From assembly GCA_963720265.1 (NCBI GenBank), contig CAVRET010000001.1:133916-197915 (forward strand): a DNA stretch of 64,000 bases, given 5' to 3'. Shown here one piece after another: positions 54,559 to 63,894 of this stretch. Every line of letters begins with the position of its first letter. The first letter of the stretch is position 1. A model generated the notes under the pieces. The model had not been told where the DNA came from. It did no database searches and saw nothing but the letters and a program-made list of their open reading frames with translations. The stretch comes from an uncultured bacterium (GTDB lineage Bacteria > Patescibacteriota > Saccharimonadia > UBA4664). A program made the position numbers and the translations under genes.

Positions 54559-55746
54559 ATGTCCAGATATACCTTAAGTGAGGACCAGGCGGCGGCGCTG
54601 CGCGATATTGGGGCTTGGTATCGCAATAAATCGGCACCGTTTTTGACGCTTGGGGGGTATGCCGGCACGGGTAAGACGACACTTATAGCATATTTGCGGA
54701 AAGCGCTGCGTGAATATGACGAGCATGCCAGTGTGGCTTTTTGTGCCTATACCGGCAAAGCGGCGCAGGTATTGAGCGATAAACTGCGCGAACAGCGAGT
54801 GATGCGCCGGGGTGATTCGGTGTCGACGATTCATTCGCTGATTTACACCTCGGAAGATACGGCAGACGACAGCCCACGGTGGATTCGCAAAGACAAGCTT
54901 GGCCGCGACCTGATTGTGGTTGATGAGGCCAGCATGGTGGATGAGACGATTTGGCGCGATCTGCTTAGCTTTGAGGTGCCGGTGCTAGCCGTGGGTGACC
55001 ACGGGCAGCTGCCGCCGGTGGGGTCGAGTTTTAATTTAATGGCTGAGCCGGATCTGCGGCTAGAACGGGTATTCCGGCAGGCCGAGGGTTCGTCGATTAT
55101 AGAAGTGGCGGCCATAGCGCGCACTACCGGGGTGATTCCGGTGGCGGAATTTGGCCCGGCGGTACGCAAATTGGATCGTGCACTGCCCGAAACCGGCCAG
55201 ATTGTGCAGGAGATGCTTGAAAATTGGCGGCCGGAATTGCTCGTGCTTTGCGGTTATAACGCCACCAGAGTGAAGCTGAACGCTGCTATTCGTGGCATGC
55301 GCGACATGGAAGGTGCCGAGCCACAGACCGGCGATGTGGTAGTGTGCTTGCGCAACAACCGGACGAAGCATATCTATAACGGAATGCTTGGGCGAATTCG
55401 ACATGTGACAAGCGCTTCGGGGCCGGAGGGTGCGGACTGGTATGAGGCTGAAATTGAGCTCGAGGACGAGGATTATACGTATTCCGGCTATATTTTGCGC
55501 GGGCAATTTGGGGCGCAGACGACGGCCCAGGATGTGCCGCTGGCGCCGGACGGTGAGCGCGGGGATTTGTGGGATTTCGGCTATGCCCTAACGGTGCACA
55601 AGGCCCAAGGCTCACAGGCACCGGGGGTGTTGGTGTTTGAGGAGCGCTTTCCAAGGTCGAGTGATGAGGAGTGGAGGCGGTGGCTGTATACGGCCGTAAC
55701 GCGGGCGGAATCTGAGCTTACAATCATCGGCCGCGCCAACCCGTAG
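54559..55746 (+). CDS. RecD/Dda-like SF1 DNA helicase (AAA_30 plus UvrD_C_2)
   Basis: Walker A GYAGTGKTT, Walker B IVVDEASMV, C-terminal ALTVHKAQGSQ and LYTAVTRA motifs. Confidence 0.8.
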   Translation: MSRYTLSEDQAAALRDIGAWYRNKSAPFLTLGGYAGTGKTTLIAYLRKALREYDEHASVAFCAYTGKAAQVLSDKLREQRVMRRGDSVSTIHSLIYTSEDTADDSPRWIRKDKLGRDLIVVDEASMVDETIWRDLLSFEVPVLAVGDHGQLPPVGSSFNLMAEPDLRLERVFRQAEGSSIIEVAAIARTTGVIPVAEFGPAVRKLDRALPETGQIVQEMLENWRPELLVLCGYNATRVKLNAAIRGMRDMEGAEPQTGDVVVCLRNNRTKHIYNGMLGRIRHVTSASGPEGADWYEAEIELEDEDYTYSGYILRGQFGAQTTAQDVPLAPDGERGDLWDFGYALTVHKAQGSQAPGVLVFEERFPRSSDEEWRRWLYTAVTRAESELTIIGRANP

Positions 55747-55750
55747 GGGG

Positions 55751-56068
55751 TTAGCGTGGCCATTTGAGCAGTTGGAGTTGATGTCCGGTGTTGCTTGGTG
55801 TGCGTGGGAATTCCGGAACCCACATTCCATTCGCACGGCGCCAGGCTTCTTCCTCGGGCCCCATTTTGTCGTCGTCGTTGGCGCAAGAGTCGCATACTGG
55901 GCCGGGCGCAAGGTTGCAGTTGCATTCTATTCCGCAGATTGCGCAGTATTCGATTTCTTCGTAGCAGGACCAGCAGCGCATTACCGGCTCCAGCGATTCT
56001 TCCAGTGCTACGGGTTCAGACAGGCGCAATAGTTGCTCGTCGAGTACCTGTCGAAGTACAGGATGCAT
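55751..56068 (-). CDS. small zinc-finger-like Cys-rich protein (CxxC-x7-CxxC-x3-CxC-x8-CxxC)
   Basis: Start set to MHPVLRQ (ATG 56068) to avoid overlap. Convergent with the helicase gene. Confidence 0.4.
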   Translation of the reverse strand: MHPVLRQVLDEQLLRLSEPVALEESLEPVMRCWSCYEEIEYCAICGIECNCNLAPGPVCDSCANDDDKMGPEEEAWRRANGMWVPEFPRTPSNTGHQLQLLKWPR

Positions 56069-56132
56069 GCCTTTGTGACCGGTTTTCAATTGCCACTTCC
56101 CATCGGCTGAGCGTGAGCACAGGATAGCATGT

Positions 56133-56534
56133 TCAGCGACCGGTAATGCGGATAACAGCGCCACGGACGGCGAACAGCCCCAAGAGCACCAGGGCGGCCA
56201 CATCGGCGAGTGGCGGCAGCAACCATAACGAACCGATACCGCAGATGAGCATGATGAGCACGAGCGAGGTCCAGATGAGGCGTAAATTTTCCATGTCTGA
56301 GGTATTGCCGAGACGAATGGTGCGCATGGCGCCGCCGCAGCCGATCAAGCTGACGGCCATAATGATTGCGACCATTAGAGTAAGGAGGCCGCGGAACAAA
56401 TTGCTATTTACATTGACTGCCCCGGCCAATAGCAAGAGAAAGGCGGTGACAATCGTCAGCAGCAATAGCACTGTCCCCAACACAAATGCACCGGTGCCGA
56501 CGAGACGAACGTCAGACAGATCACGGTCGGACAT
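56133..56534 (-). CDS. hypothetical membrane protein
   Basis: 133 aa with 4 hydrophobic helices. Confidence 0.45.
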   Translation of the reverse strand: MSDRDLSDVRLVGTGAFVLGTVLLLLTIVTAFLLLLAGAVNVNSNLFRGLLTLMVAIIMAVSLIGCGGAMRTIRLGNTSDMENLRLIWTSLVLIMLICGIGSLWLLPPLADVAALVLLGLFAVRGAVIRITGR

Positions 56535-56599
56535 AGCGGCTCCTTGACTTCAAGTTTATCATGGTATGATATCGCTAACGTTAAGATCCACAGGAGATT

Positions 56600-56983
56600 A
56601 TGGAAGACAAAACCACGCTGGATGCGATTCACCGGCTGATGATTGAGCTGGCGGAAACGCACGACAAAGTGAAGAAGATCAAGGACGACCTCAAGGACAT
56701 TGCCGAGCAAAACGATGAGTACCGGGCGCTGGCTGAGGAGCTCAAAGAGGTGGGCGAAAAACGTGCTACGGCCAAGAAATTGCTGGAGGCGGACAAGGAT
56801 TACCAGGTGGTAAATTCCGAGCTCGAAGAGCTGAAGTTCAAGATGAAAGACTTGCAGGAAATTATGAGTCACCATTTGGTGACGTATTTTCATGAGTCGG
56901 GCGAGACGCAATTGACGACGCCCGAGGGTGAGACGTTACAGGTGGTGGTGAGCGCAAAGTTGGGCAAGGAAGTAGCAGGGTAA
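56600..56983 (+). CDS. hypothetical coiled-coil protein
   Basis: Charged heptad-like sequence. 127 aa. Confidence 0.45.
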   Translation: MEDKTTLDAIHRLMIELAETHDKVKKIKDDLKDIAEQNDEYRALAEELKEVGEKRATAKKLLEADKDYQVVNSELEELKFKMKDLQEIMSHHLVTYFHESGETQLTTPEGETLQVVVSAKLGKEVAG

Positions 56984-57327
56984 CGTAACACACCCCATTC
57001 CTCGCATCGAAGAGTGGGGTGTGCCGGCTTGTGGTGTTGTAACTCGTGGTCCTTCAAAATCATTTTCAGAAATCCCACGAATTGGACAGGTGCAAAGACG
57101 GTCAGTATCCAACCGATGACAGCATCGCCTCTGAAAATGAGACTCAATCCGGCAAAGAATGTTACATACCCGCACAATGTTACGATTCCACCGATGAAAA
57201 AGATGACGGCGAGGAACGAGGTTACCTTATTAAGTACCTTCCTCGCCGCCCGCTCTTGTGGGGGTTTGTGGGTTTCGGCCGGTTTGCCGGGCGGTTGGTC
57301 CTGTGGCGCGTTCGATGATGTGCCCAT
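56890..57327 (-). CDS. hypothetical small membrane protein
   Basis: Start at MGTSSN (ATG 57327). Two or three TM helices. Confidence 0.35.
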   Translation of the reverse strand: MGTSSNAPQDQPPGKPAETHKPPQERAARKVLNKVTSFLAVIFFIGGIVTLCGYVTFFAGLSLIFRGDAVIGWILTVFAPVQFVGFLKMILKDHELQHHKPAHPTLRCEEWGVLRYPATSLPNFALTTTCNVSPSGVVNCVSPDS

Positions 57328-57466
57328 TGTTTTGCCCCCGCAGCTGTGGTGAGCGATGGGTAGCCGACATGCGCAGCTTACCACAATTTCGTTGAGCAGA
57401 GTTGGCCAAGGCCCGGGGGCGTACCGCCCCGGGCCTTGCGCTGTCCACCAACTTCCTGGCCGAAAA

Positions 57467-57979
57467 TCAGCGAACGGTGTCGCCGGGCCCACCGTTGGCT
57501 TGGCTGTAACGCCTGCCCAGTTCGTCGGCGACCTGCTGGATGAGCCCAAGGTAGCGCTCGAGCAGTTGGTTCTGGTTTTCGGCAGTGCCGGTAACGAGTT
57601 CGAGTAGACGACGGCTTACCTCCTCGATCGCTACCACATGGTCGGTGATTCCACCCGGTAGGCTAATGCCGAACTCGGCTTCGTGACCGACGATTTCTTC
57701 AAAGATGAGCCTGGCGGTGACGACGGACGGGTGCGACACCGCGCTGCTTCCCTGGAGGAGCCCGACCTGTTCGGACAGCAAGTCCTGGAAGGTTGTCATC
57801 CAGTGTTGATCTTGGACCGAGAAGTTCCCAGCCACTAGGGCCGTGAGGGCTGCTCTGGCGTTGAGGGCTGCGAATGTCTGCCCTTCCAGTTTGAAGGTCG
57901 GCTGACGGATCGGGGTGTCAACGGTCATGGCGTCTTGAGTGCTCCATTTCTTCCAGCTCGCAAGTCGATTAACATGCAA
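57467..57979 (-). CDS. hypothetical protein
   Basis: 170-aa ORF. No motif. Confidence 0.4.
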   Translation of the reverse strand: MHVNRLASWKKWSTQDAMTVDTPIRQPTFKLEGQTFAALNARAALTALVAGNFSVQDQHWMTTFQDLLSEQVGLLQGSSAVSHPSVVTARLIFEEIVGHEAEFGISLPGGITDHVVAIEEVSRRLLELVTGTAENQNQLLERYLGLIQQVADELGRRYSQANGGPGDTVR

Positions 57980-58291
57980 GCATGAGTGGCTTACGGATTA
58001 GTGTATCAGGTTTTAGGCCCAGCGGTTTGCAGAATTTCGCTTGATGAGTCGATGTTGCAGGCGGACCATAGTCCGGGGTCGGAATTTTTGGCTTGAGTTT
58101 GAAAATTGCGAAAGTCGTCGATTTTTGAAAATGGGAATACGACGTCAGCAAGCGCCCAGCCGTCTTGGATGAGCTCGGCGTCCACAAGCGTGCCGTCGGG
58201 CAGGTAAACCTAGCGCAGCAGTTCGGCTGGTGTACGTTCGTCCACGGGTAGATAATATGCTACCATGCCGAAGAGAAATGAGGTATGCGTA

Positions 58292-58684
58292 ATGTGGGAT
58301 GAATTTAAGAAATTTCTGCTGCGCGGCAATGTCGTGGATCTGGCCGTAGCCGTGGCTGTGGGCGCGTCGTTTACCGCTGTGGTCACCGCGTTGGTAAAAG
58401 ATCTTATTACGCCGTTGATTGCAGCCGTTGGTGCCAAGCCCAACTTCGAAGGCCTGTCATTTACCGTGCACCATAGTACGTTTATGTACGGCGACTTCCT
58501 TAATGTTTTGATTTCATTCGCGATTATGGCGTCGGTGATTTTTTTCTTTGTGGTGCAGCCGGTGAATCAATTGGTTCGGTTGTCGCGGCGGGGCAAACAA
58601 GACGCAGCGTCCAAGGACCCGCAGCTCGCGGTCCTGGAAGAGATCCGCGATGAGCTAAGAGCTCGTAGTGGGAAGAAGTCATGA
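58292..58684 (+). CDS. mscL: large-conductance mechanosensitive channel
   Basis: FLLRGNVVDLAVAVAVGASF matches the MscL TM1 signature. Start at MWDEFKK (ATG 58292, RBS GAGG). Confidence 0.85.
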   Translation: MWDEFKKFLLRGNVVDLAVAVAVGASFTAVVTALVKDLITPLIAAVGAKPNFEGLSFTVHHSTFMYGDFLNVLISFAIMASVIFFFVVQPVNQLVRLSRRGKQDAASKDPQLAVLEEIRDELRARSGKKS

Positions 58685-59091
58685 GGGAATTTGGGGCGCC
58701 CGCGGGGGCGAAACTGCGGGCTGAGATTACAGCCATGGTGGAGGCCATATTTGATGAGGTCGAGCCGAAACGGGCGGTAACCGGAGCAGACTTTGCCATG
58801 GACGAGCAAGCCGACATGGTAGTGGCGCGTGAAATTGAACTCAAGGATGTGCGCGGCCAACGCCTGCGCATTGCGGCCACCGAGGCCTCGGCCCGGCCGC
58901 CATTTGAATGGTTGTATGAGATTACCTCGGATATTGGCGAGGCCGATTATTTTAAACATTACTTGGTGCGGCAAGATGACATTGTGTTAGCTCAGCGCAA
59001 GGTGCTGACGCCGGTTGACGATGCCGAAGCCAAAGCAATCTTAAACGATTTACGGACGGCCCAAACTTGGCTGTTACTTCCTGAGCTTTAA
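58681..59091 (+). CDS. hypothetical protein
   Basis: 136-aa ORF overlapping the mscL stop by 4 bp. Confidence 0.45.
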   Translation: MREFGAPAGAKLRAEITAMVEAIFDEVEPKRAVTGADFAMDEQADMVVAREIELKDVRGQRLRIAATEASARPPFEWLYEITSDIGEADYFKHYLVRQDDIVLAQRKVLTPVDDAEAKAILNDLRTAQTWLLLPEL

Positions 59092-59498
59092 GTGCGGTTG
59101 CTTTCGGAGAAGAGGCGTCCGTAGAGCGCAAAGGCGGCGATAAAGCTGACGGCCATGCCGTATGACCACAGGTTGCTCCAGTGGCCGGAAAGTGTGAGGA
59201 CGCCAAAGATGGTTGCAAGTCCAATAGCGGCGGCGCTGCCACGAGCCAGCTTGATGATCGACGGCGATTGGCCCCCGGCCCAGCGGGCGATCATCACGGC
59301 ATTGATGATGAGTCCGACGGCGGCCAATACATGCAGGCCGAGCAGAATCTGGTCAAATGTTCTAACGCCCCCCGAAACTTCGTTCGGCAGACCGATAAGG
59401 TTCACTGCCATGCCAAGCAGAAACTGGATGATCAAAAGACCAAATTGAGCCTGAATGCGTGAAGACAGTGGTTTTGATTGCGCAGTTTGGACGGCCAT
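59088..59498 (-). CDS. hypothetical membrane protein
   Basis: 136 aa with 4 hydrophobic helices. Confidence 0.45.
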   Translation of the reverse strand: MAVQTAQSKPLSSRIQAQFGLLIIQFLLGMAVNLIGLPNEVSGGVRTFDQILLGLHVLAAVGLIINAVMIARWAGGQSPSIIKLARGSAAAIGLATIFGVLTLSGHWSNLWSYGMAVSFIAAFALYGRLFSESNRT

Positions 59499-59777
59499 TA
59501 CGGTTCCTCGCTTACATCGTCATTACACAACATACCACAAGGCTTTAAGTCCCAAGAATTCTCCTGAGACTCATAAGCTTAAGCTCACGTTAGATCCGTG
59601 GCCACCCCGTAATCTTCAGTTCGAGAGATCACCGAGCGACGAATTGTGGGTACTCTCCCCCGCTGTAAACGTTGGAACATGATTTTGCCAAATATGAGGC
59701 ATGTTCGTCGATGGCTGTTGTTCTAAATCTGGGATATAGAGACAAGGACCTTTTGGTAGATATGTTATTCGTTATGC

Positions 59778-60464
59778 TTAATAGTGCGACGAATCATAGC
59801 CGGTGAATTGATCATATTGGAGACGGGCAGCGGGAAGATTAACCGGCGGCTGCAGGAGGCCAAACAAGGGTCGGGGGCCGGATACGAGCACTTCGGCAGC
59901 AGCGAGACCTGGGACCAGTTCGAAGAGGCCGGTAACAGTCGGTGGTTGTGATGCGATATAAACCTTGAACTCAGGATAGGCGGCGGCGACTCGCGCGAGT
60001 TCCTCTCCGAACGGCGCCGGCTCGGAGAGGTTGGCGTGTATCAGGGTGGCAACCAGCGAGGCGCGATCATGCCGGCGCTGGCGGATCAGGCTGATGAACG
60101 GTGTTATGCCAATGCCCTGGGCCACGAGTACGACCGGACGTCCCAGCGTGCGTGGCCAGGCGAAGGTACCGGCCGGCGGATCAAGGAGTTGCAACCGGCC
60201 GCCGGTGGGTAGCGTTGCTAATGCTTGCTTAAATGAGCTGCCAGTTAGTCTTGTAGTAATTGTTACAATATGCTCAAACGGAGCCGAGGTAATGGTAAAG
60301 TGGCGCTTGGTACCGGCGGAGTCGGGGTGTACGTGCGGCAACTCAACTCGAATCGCTTGACCCGCGTTCCAGATGAGCGGGACGTTCGGCTCGAACGTAA
60401 AGGCCCATATGTTACCGCCGAGTGAGAGTTTGCCATGCAGGGTTAAATGTGAGATTTGGTTCAT
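59778..60464 (-). CDS. FAD/NAD(P)-binding oxidoreductase (FNR / siderophore-interacting-protein-like)
   Basis: R-x-F-T flavin motif (KRHFTITS) and Gly-rich NAD(P) motif (AQGIGITPFISL). Confidence 0.55.
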   Translation of the reverse strand: MNQISHLTLHGKLSLGGNIWAFTFEPNVPLIWNAGQAIRVELPHVHPDSAGTKRHFTITSAPFEHIVTITTRLTGSSFKQALATLPTGGRLQLLDPPAGTFAWPRTLGRPVVLVAQGIGITPFISLIRQRRHDRASLVATLIHANLSEPAPFGEELARVAAAYPEFKVYIASQPPTVTGLFELVPGLAAAEVLVSGPRPLFGLLQPPVNLPAARLQYDQFTGYDSSHY

Positions 60465-61168
60465 GGCTGCTGGTGCGCGATCAAGTTTGCTTGGCAGCGC
60501 GGATCCGGGCAGCCATTTGGATTGTAATTTGGGATGAGTTTTTCTACCAGGTAGTGGTGAGTGATGCCGACCTGATACCGAGGCTGGACCTGCCCTCGGC
60601 GCCAGATTGCCAGCGCGTTGATTGCCTGCCGGTCCGGCTCCAACAATTTTGCAACTCCGGCAATTGAGCTAAGCGTGGTTACCACATCTTCGTAGATGCG
60701 CGGGTTAAGGGCATGTTTGGCAATTTGCTCGTCGACAGCCGAACTGAAACGAAAGTCTTGCTTGGCGCCACTGGGGACTCGTTCCAAGCGAATAAACGGC
60801 AAATCAAGATAGTGGCGAGTAACGAGTGCTTCGGCCAATCGCTGACCACCCGTGGGCACGCCCAGAATGGCATCGGCCGGTGGTAGACCCGGAGCTTCGG
60901 CTAGGAGGGCTAGAATTGTATCAAGCTCGTGCGGATGATCCCATAGGTTATCAAGCTCAAGTTTCTGTACAGCGTGATGTCCGGCGGCAAAGACGAAATG
61001 GCCCGGAATAAGGCAGTCACTTGCGAGCACGGCGGATCGGGTACGAGCGGCAATGGTAGTGGTCATGTTTGCATTGTAATGGTCGTACAGAACCAGTGTC
61101 GATGTCATAAGTGGCTGCATGGCCGGACGGGTTTGTGATCGCCCGCCCGGCCATGGAAAGTGATTCAC
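60461..61168 (-). CDS. type I phosphoribosyltransferase-domain protein (orotate PRTase-like)
   Basis: PRPP-loop-like ILGVPTGGQRLAEAL and acidic motif YEDVVTTLSSI. GTGA/ATGA overlaps with both neighbours. Confidence 0.5.
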   Translation of the reverse strand: MNHFPWPGGRSQTRPAMQPLMTSTLVLYDHYNANMTTTIAARTRSAVLASDCLIPGHFVFAAGHHAVQKLELDNLWDHPHELDTILALLAEAPGLPPADAILGVPTGGQRLAEALVTRHYLDLPFIRLERVPSGAKQDFRFSSAVDEQIAKHALNPRIYEDVVTTLSSIAGVAKLLEPDRQAINALAIWRRGQVQPRYQVGITHHYLVEKLIPNYNPNGCPDPRCQANLIAHQQP

Positions 61169-61761
61169 TTGCCGGCTGGGGTGACAACCGAGACTAGCGC
61201 AAGCTCAGACACTCCGAATTCATCCAGCTCTGGGCTAACACCCGCGGTGGCGTGGCTCCCGTTCACGAGGCTGACGACCGCGGTCATTACGGCATGATTG
61301 TGTGTCAGGGCGGCGACATCGTCGAAGAGCCGATGCCTCAGGTAGGCGTCGAGGCCGGCCACCAGGATTAGCACGTGCTGCTTGGCCGCAACTGCGAGCG
61401 CGCGACCGCGGTCGGCCTGGTCAGCCGGATTGTCCGTACTTGGAGCGAGTCGCACACACCGGACCCGGTGGCCATTGAGCCGGTAGAGCGTTGATGCGAC
61501 GGCATGCGCCAGACTCCACAGATTGGTGTCTCGGATGGCGATTACATCGAACTCAAGGTCTTGAATCAGCAACACGAGATACTGCGCGATCACATCGATC
61601 GTCACGGCGAAGGTAGTCGTGAGCGCACCCGTATTGAGTCTGGACTCGAGCGCGAGATCGGCGCCGCTGGGATCGAGAGCGCCGCATGCCATCAGCTCAC
61701 GCTTGATTCGTTCGCGAGCGCTGGCTGGATCACTGGCTTGGTGCAACGATGCCATATGCAT
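61165..61761 (-). CDS. hypothetical protein
   Basis: 198-aa ORF in operon context. No motif. Confidence 0.4.
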   Translation of the reverse strand: MHMASLHQASDPASARERIKRELMACGALDPSGADLALESRLNTGALTTTFAVTIDVIAQYLVLLIQDLEFDVIAIRDTNLWSLAHAVASTLYRLNGHRVRCVRLAPSTDNPADQADRGRALAVAAKQHVLILVAGLDAYLRHRLFDDVAALTHNHAVMTAVVSLVNGSHATAGVSPELDEFGVSELALVSVVTPAGK

Positions 61762-61819
61762 TTCTCCTCACTGGTAGAGATGGCAGATCGCTACGACGCA
61801 TTATAGGGCAAGCGTGGTA

Positions 61820-62257
61820 TTAGGCAGTTAGTTCGGGCACGGGTTGGCCGGAAGGCTCAACAACGCGCAGGTGAAATTTAAGCTCGGAGGCTGAGGCACC
61901 GGCGACTGTTAGGGCATCCTTAACGAGATCTGCGGCCTGATGAAGGTCGGCGTACAGCCGGCGGGTTTCGGTTTCGGAATTTTCAAACATGATGCCGTTT
62001 AGGCGGTAGGCGCCGCAGTCGGTGTGGCTTTGGAGGTAGACGTCGGTGATGTGGTTGACCTTCCAGGCGATCACGATTTGGGCAAGCGCGGTCGCGCGGG
62101 TGGTTTCGTTGACAATAGCAAGCGCGCCGCCGGCGAGAGCCGGGCAGAAGGCGCCGCCGATTTCTCTAATGTATTCAAAGTCGGTTTGTGCCAGGCGGTC
62201 GTCGATGCATGCAAATAATACACTTTTGGCAAAATGAGGGGCAATGGTTGTGGGCAC
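61820..62257 (-). CDS. hypothetical protein with beta-carbonic-anhydrase-like C-x-D-x-R ... H-x-x-C metal-site pattern
   Basis: ACIDDR ... HTDCG spaced about 70 aa apart. GTG start. Tentative. Confidence 0.3.
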   Translation of the reverse strand: MPTTIAPHFAKSVLFACIDDRLAQTDFEYIREIGGAFCPALAGGALAIVNETTRATALAQIVIAWKVNHITDVYLQSHTDCGAYRLNGIMFENSETETRRLYADLHQAADLVKDALTVAGASASELKFHLRVVEPSGQPVPELTA

Positions 62258-62505
62258 GAAAAAGGAATTCTCCGGGGCCGATGTACGGCGTTTTTTACTT
62301 TATTAGCCTCAGGTAGTATACACCCTTAGCGTGGACACGTCGCGGCCTGGTGCGCTGATAAATGAACTGACGATGTCGTTAAGCTGCTAGGGTTTTTCGT
62401 GGCGAGACCGCGCACTGAAGTACCACCAAGCGGGTCGGGGCTGGCTCCCGTGGTGCCGGGGCTCGCCGGCATAGGTTGGATGACCCGTGCCACCAACTTG
62501 CATGT

Positions 62506-63894
62506 TTAGCGACTAACGACCGGGCTGGCTTGTGCCGGGTTTTTCGTGGCTGCAACAAATTGGCGGACGCGGCCGCGAATGGTTTCGGCCAGTTCCGGCT
62601 GGGCGGTTGTAGACCGCCGGCTGGTTGCAACCGTGAACGGCGCAGTGGGGCGGCCGTTTGCTAGGGTACGCAAGTGGAACTGGCCGGTTGGGAGGCTCGT
62701 GAGATCGTCGGCTGTGAGCGGCGCAAAGTGTGGCTCGAGCCAACGGGCGTCAGTGGTGCCGAGGCGAAACGCCGCCAACGTCCCGACGTTGCCGAGCACA
62801 GCCTGCTTGAGGTTCTCCGGCAACTGATCAACGTATTGGTGCGCGAGGTGCAGACCAACGCCGTACTTGCGAACCTCGGACAGCATGGCGGCAAACGAGT
62901 CGGTGACAATGTTTTGGAACTCATCGATGTAAACGTAAAACGGCGGGCGCTGGTCTTCGGCAACATCGGCCCGGGAGAGGGCTGCGAGTTGAATCTTGGT
63001 TACGACGAGGGTGCCGAGGAGCTGGGCGTTGAGGCTGCCAAGGCGGCCTTTGGAAAGATTAACGAGTAAAATTTTGCGGCGGTCCATGAGCGTGCGGAGG
63101 TCAAACGCGCTGGTGCGGGCGGACAATATCTCGCTCATAACGGCGTTGCCGAGGAAAGAGCCGAATTTGGAGGTAAAGTAGTTGAGCATTTCGGATTTGT
63201 GGAAATCAGACGTTTTTGCCATCTGGCCGAGCCAAAAGTCGCGGACGGCTGGGTGGTGCGAACGACTGACCGCAGCTTCTTGATAGCTTGGATCGGTGAA
63301 AAGGCGTGGAATATCGAGCAGAGTGCCACGGACGGTGGGTTCGGTGACGGTGAGGGCGGCACTTCTTAGCCAATGCTCGAATTGCGGTCCAATGATACCG
63401 GTGTGGCCCGGATCAAACAGTTTATAAAAGAGCGCAATGAGTTCCTGGATGAGCAGATCGCGCTCGTCGGGGCTGCGCCATTCGAGGAGATTGAGGCCGA
63501 GCAAGGCTTTGGGGTCGGATGGATCAAACAAGACGATATCGCGGGCACGGTGCTGCGGAATGCGCGGCAGCAGCCAATCGATGACCTCGCCGTGCGGGTC
63601 GATAAAGCAGGCACCATCACCGTTTTCGATATCCTGCAGGATTGCGGATTGGAGCAAGGTGGATTTACCGGTACCGGTTTGGCCAATAATGTACATGTGG
63701 CGCAAGCGGTCGGCCGGTGCCAGATGAATGGGCGTGCGTAGGTCGCGGTGGACGCCGTGACCTACGATAATGCCTTGTTGTGGCAGGTCAGCCGGAATGG
63801 GCAGTTGCACTGCGTCTTGTTGGGCCAGGCGCGGCCAGGCGCGGGGATTAAGCGGCGGGTGGTACAGGCCGGCGGCTTCGGTGGATGTGAGCAA
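62506..63894 (-). CDS. VirD4/TraD-coupling-protein-like or HerA-like P-loop ATPase (type IV secretion DNA-transfer family)
   Basis: Walker A IIGQTGTGKST and Walker B YVYIDEFQ. 462 aa. May extend or connect beyond the window edge. Confidence 0.6.
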   Translation of the reverse strand: MLTSTEAAGLYHPPLNPRAWPRLAQQDAVQLPIPADLPQQGIIVGHGVHRDLRTPIHLAPADRLRHMYIIGQTGTGKSTLLQSAILQDIENGDGACFIDPHGEVIDWLLPRIPQHRARDIVLFDPSDPKALLGLNLLEWRSPDERDLLIQELIALFYKLFDPGHTGIIGPQFEHWLRSAALTVTEPTVRGTLLDIPRLFTDPSYQEAAVSRSHHPAVRDFWLGQMAKTSDFHKSEMLNYFTSKFGSFLGNAVMSEILSARTSAFDLRTLMDRRKILLVNLSKGRLGSLNAQLLGTLVVTKIQLAALSRADVAEDQRPPFYVYIDEFQNIVTDSFAAMLSEVRKYGVGLHLAHQYVDQLPENLKQAVLGNVGTLAAFRLGTTDARWLEPHFAPLTADDLTSLPTGQFHLRTLANGRPTAPFTVATSRRSTTAQPELAETIRGRVRQFVAATKNPAQASPVVSR

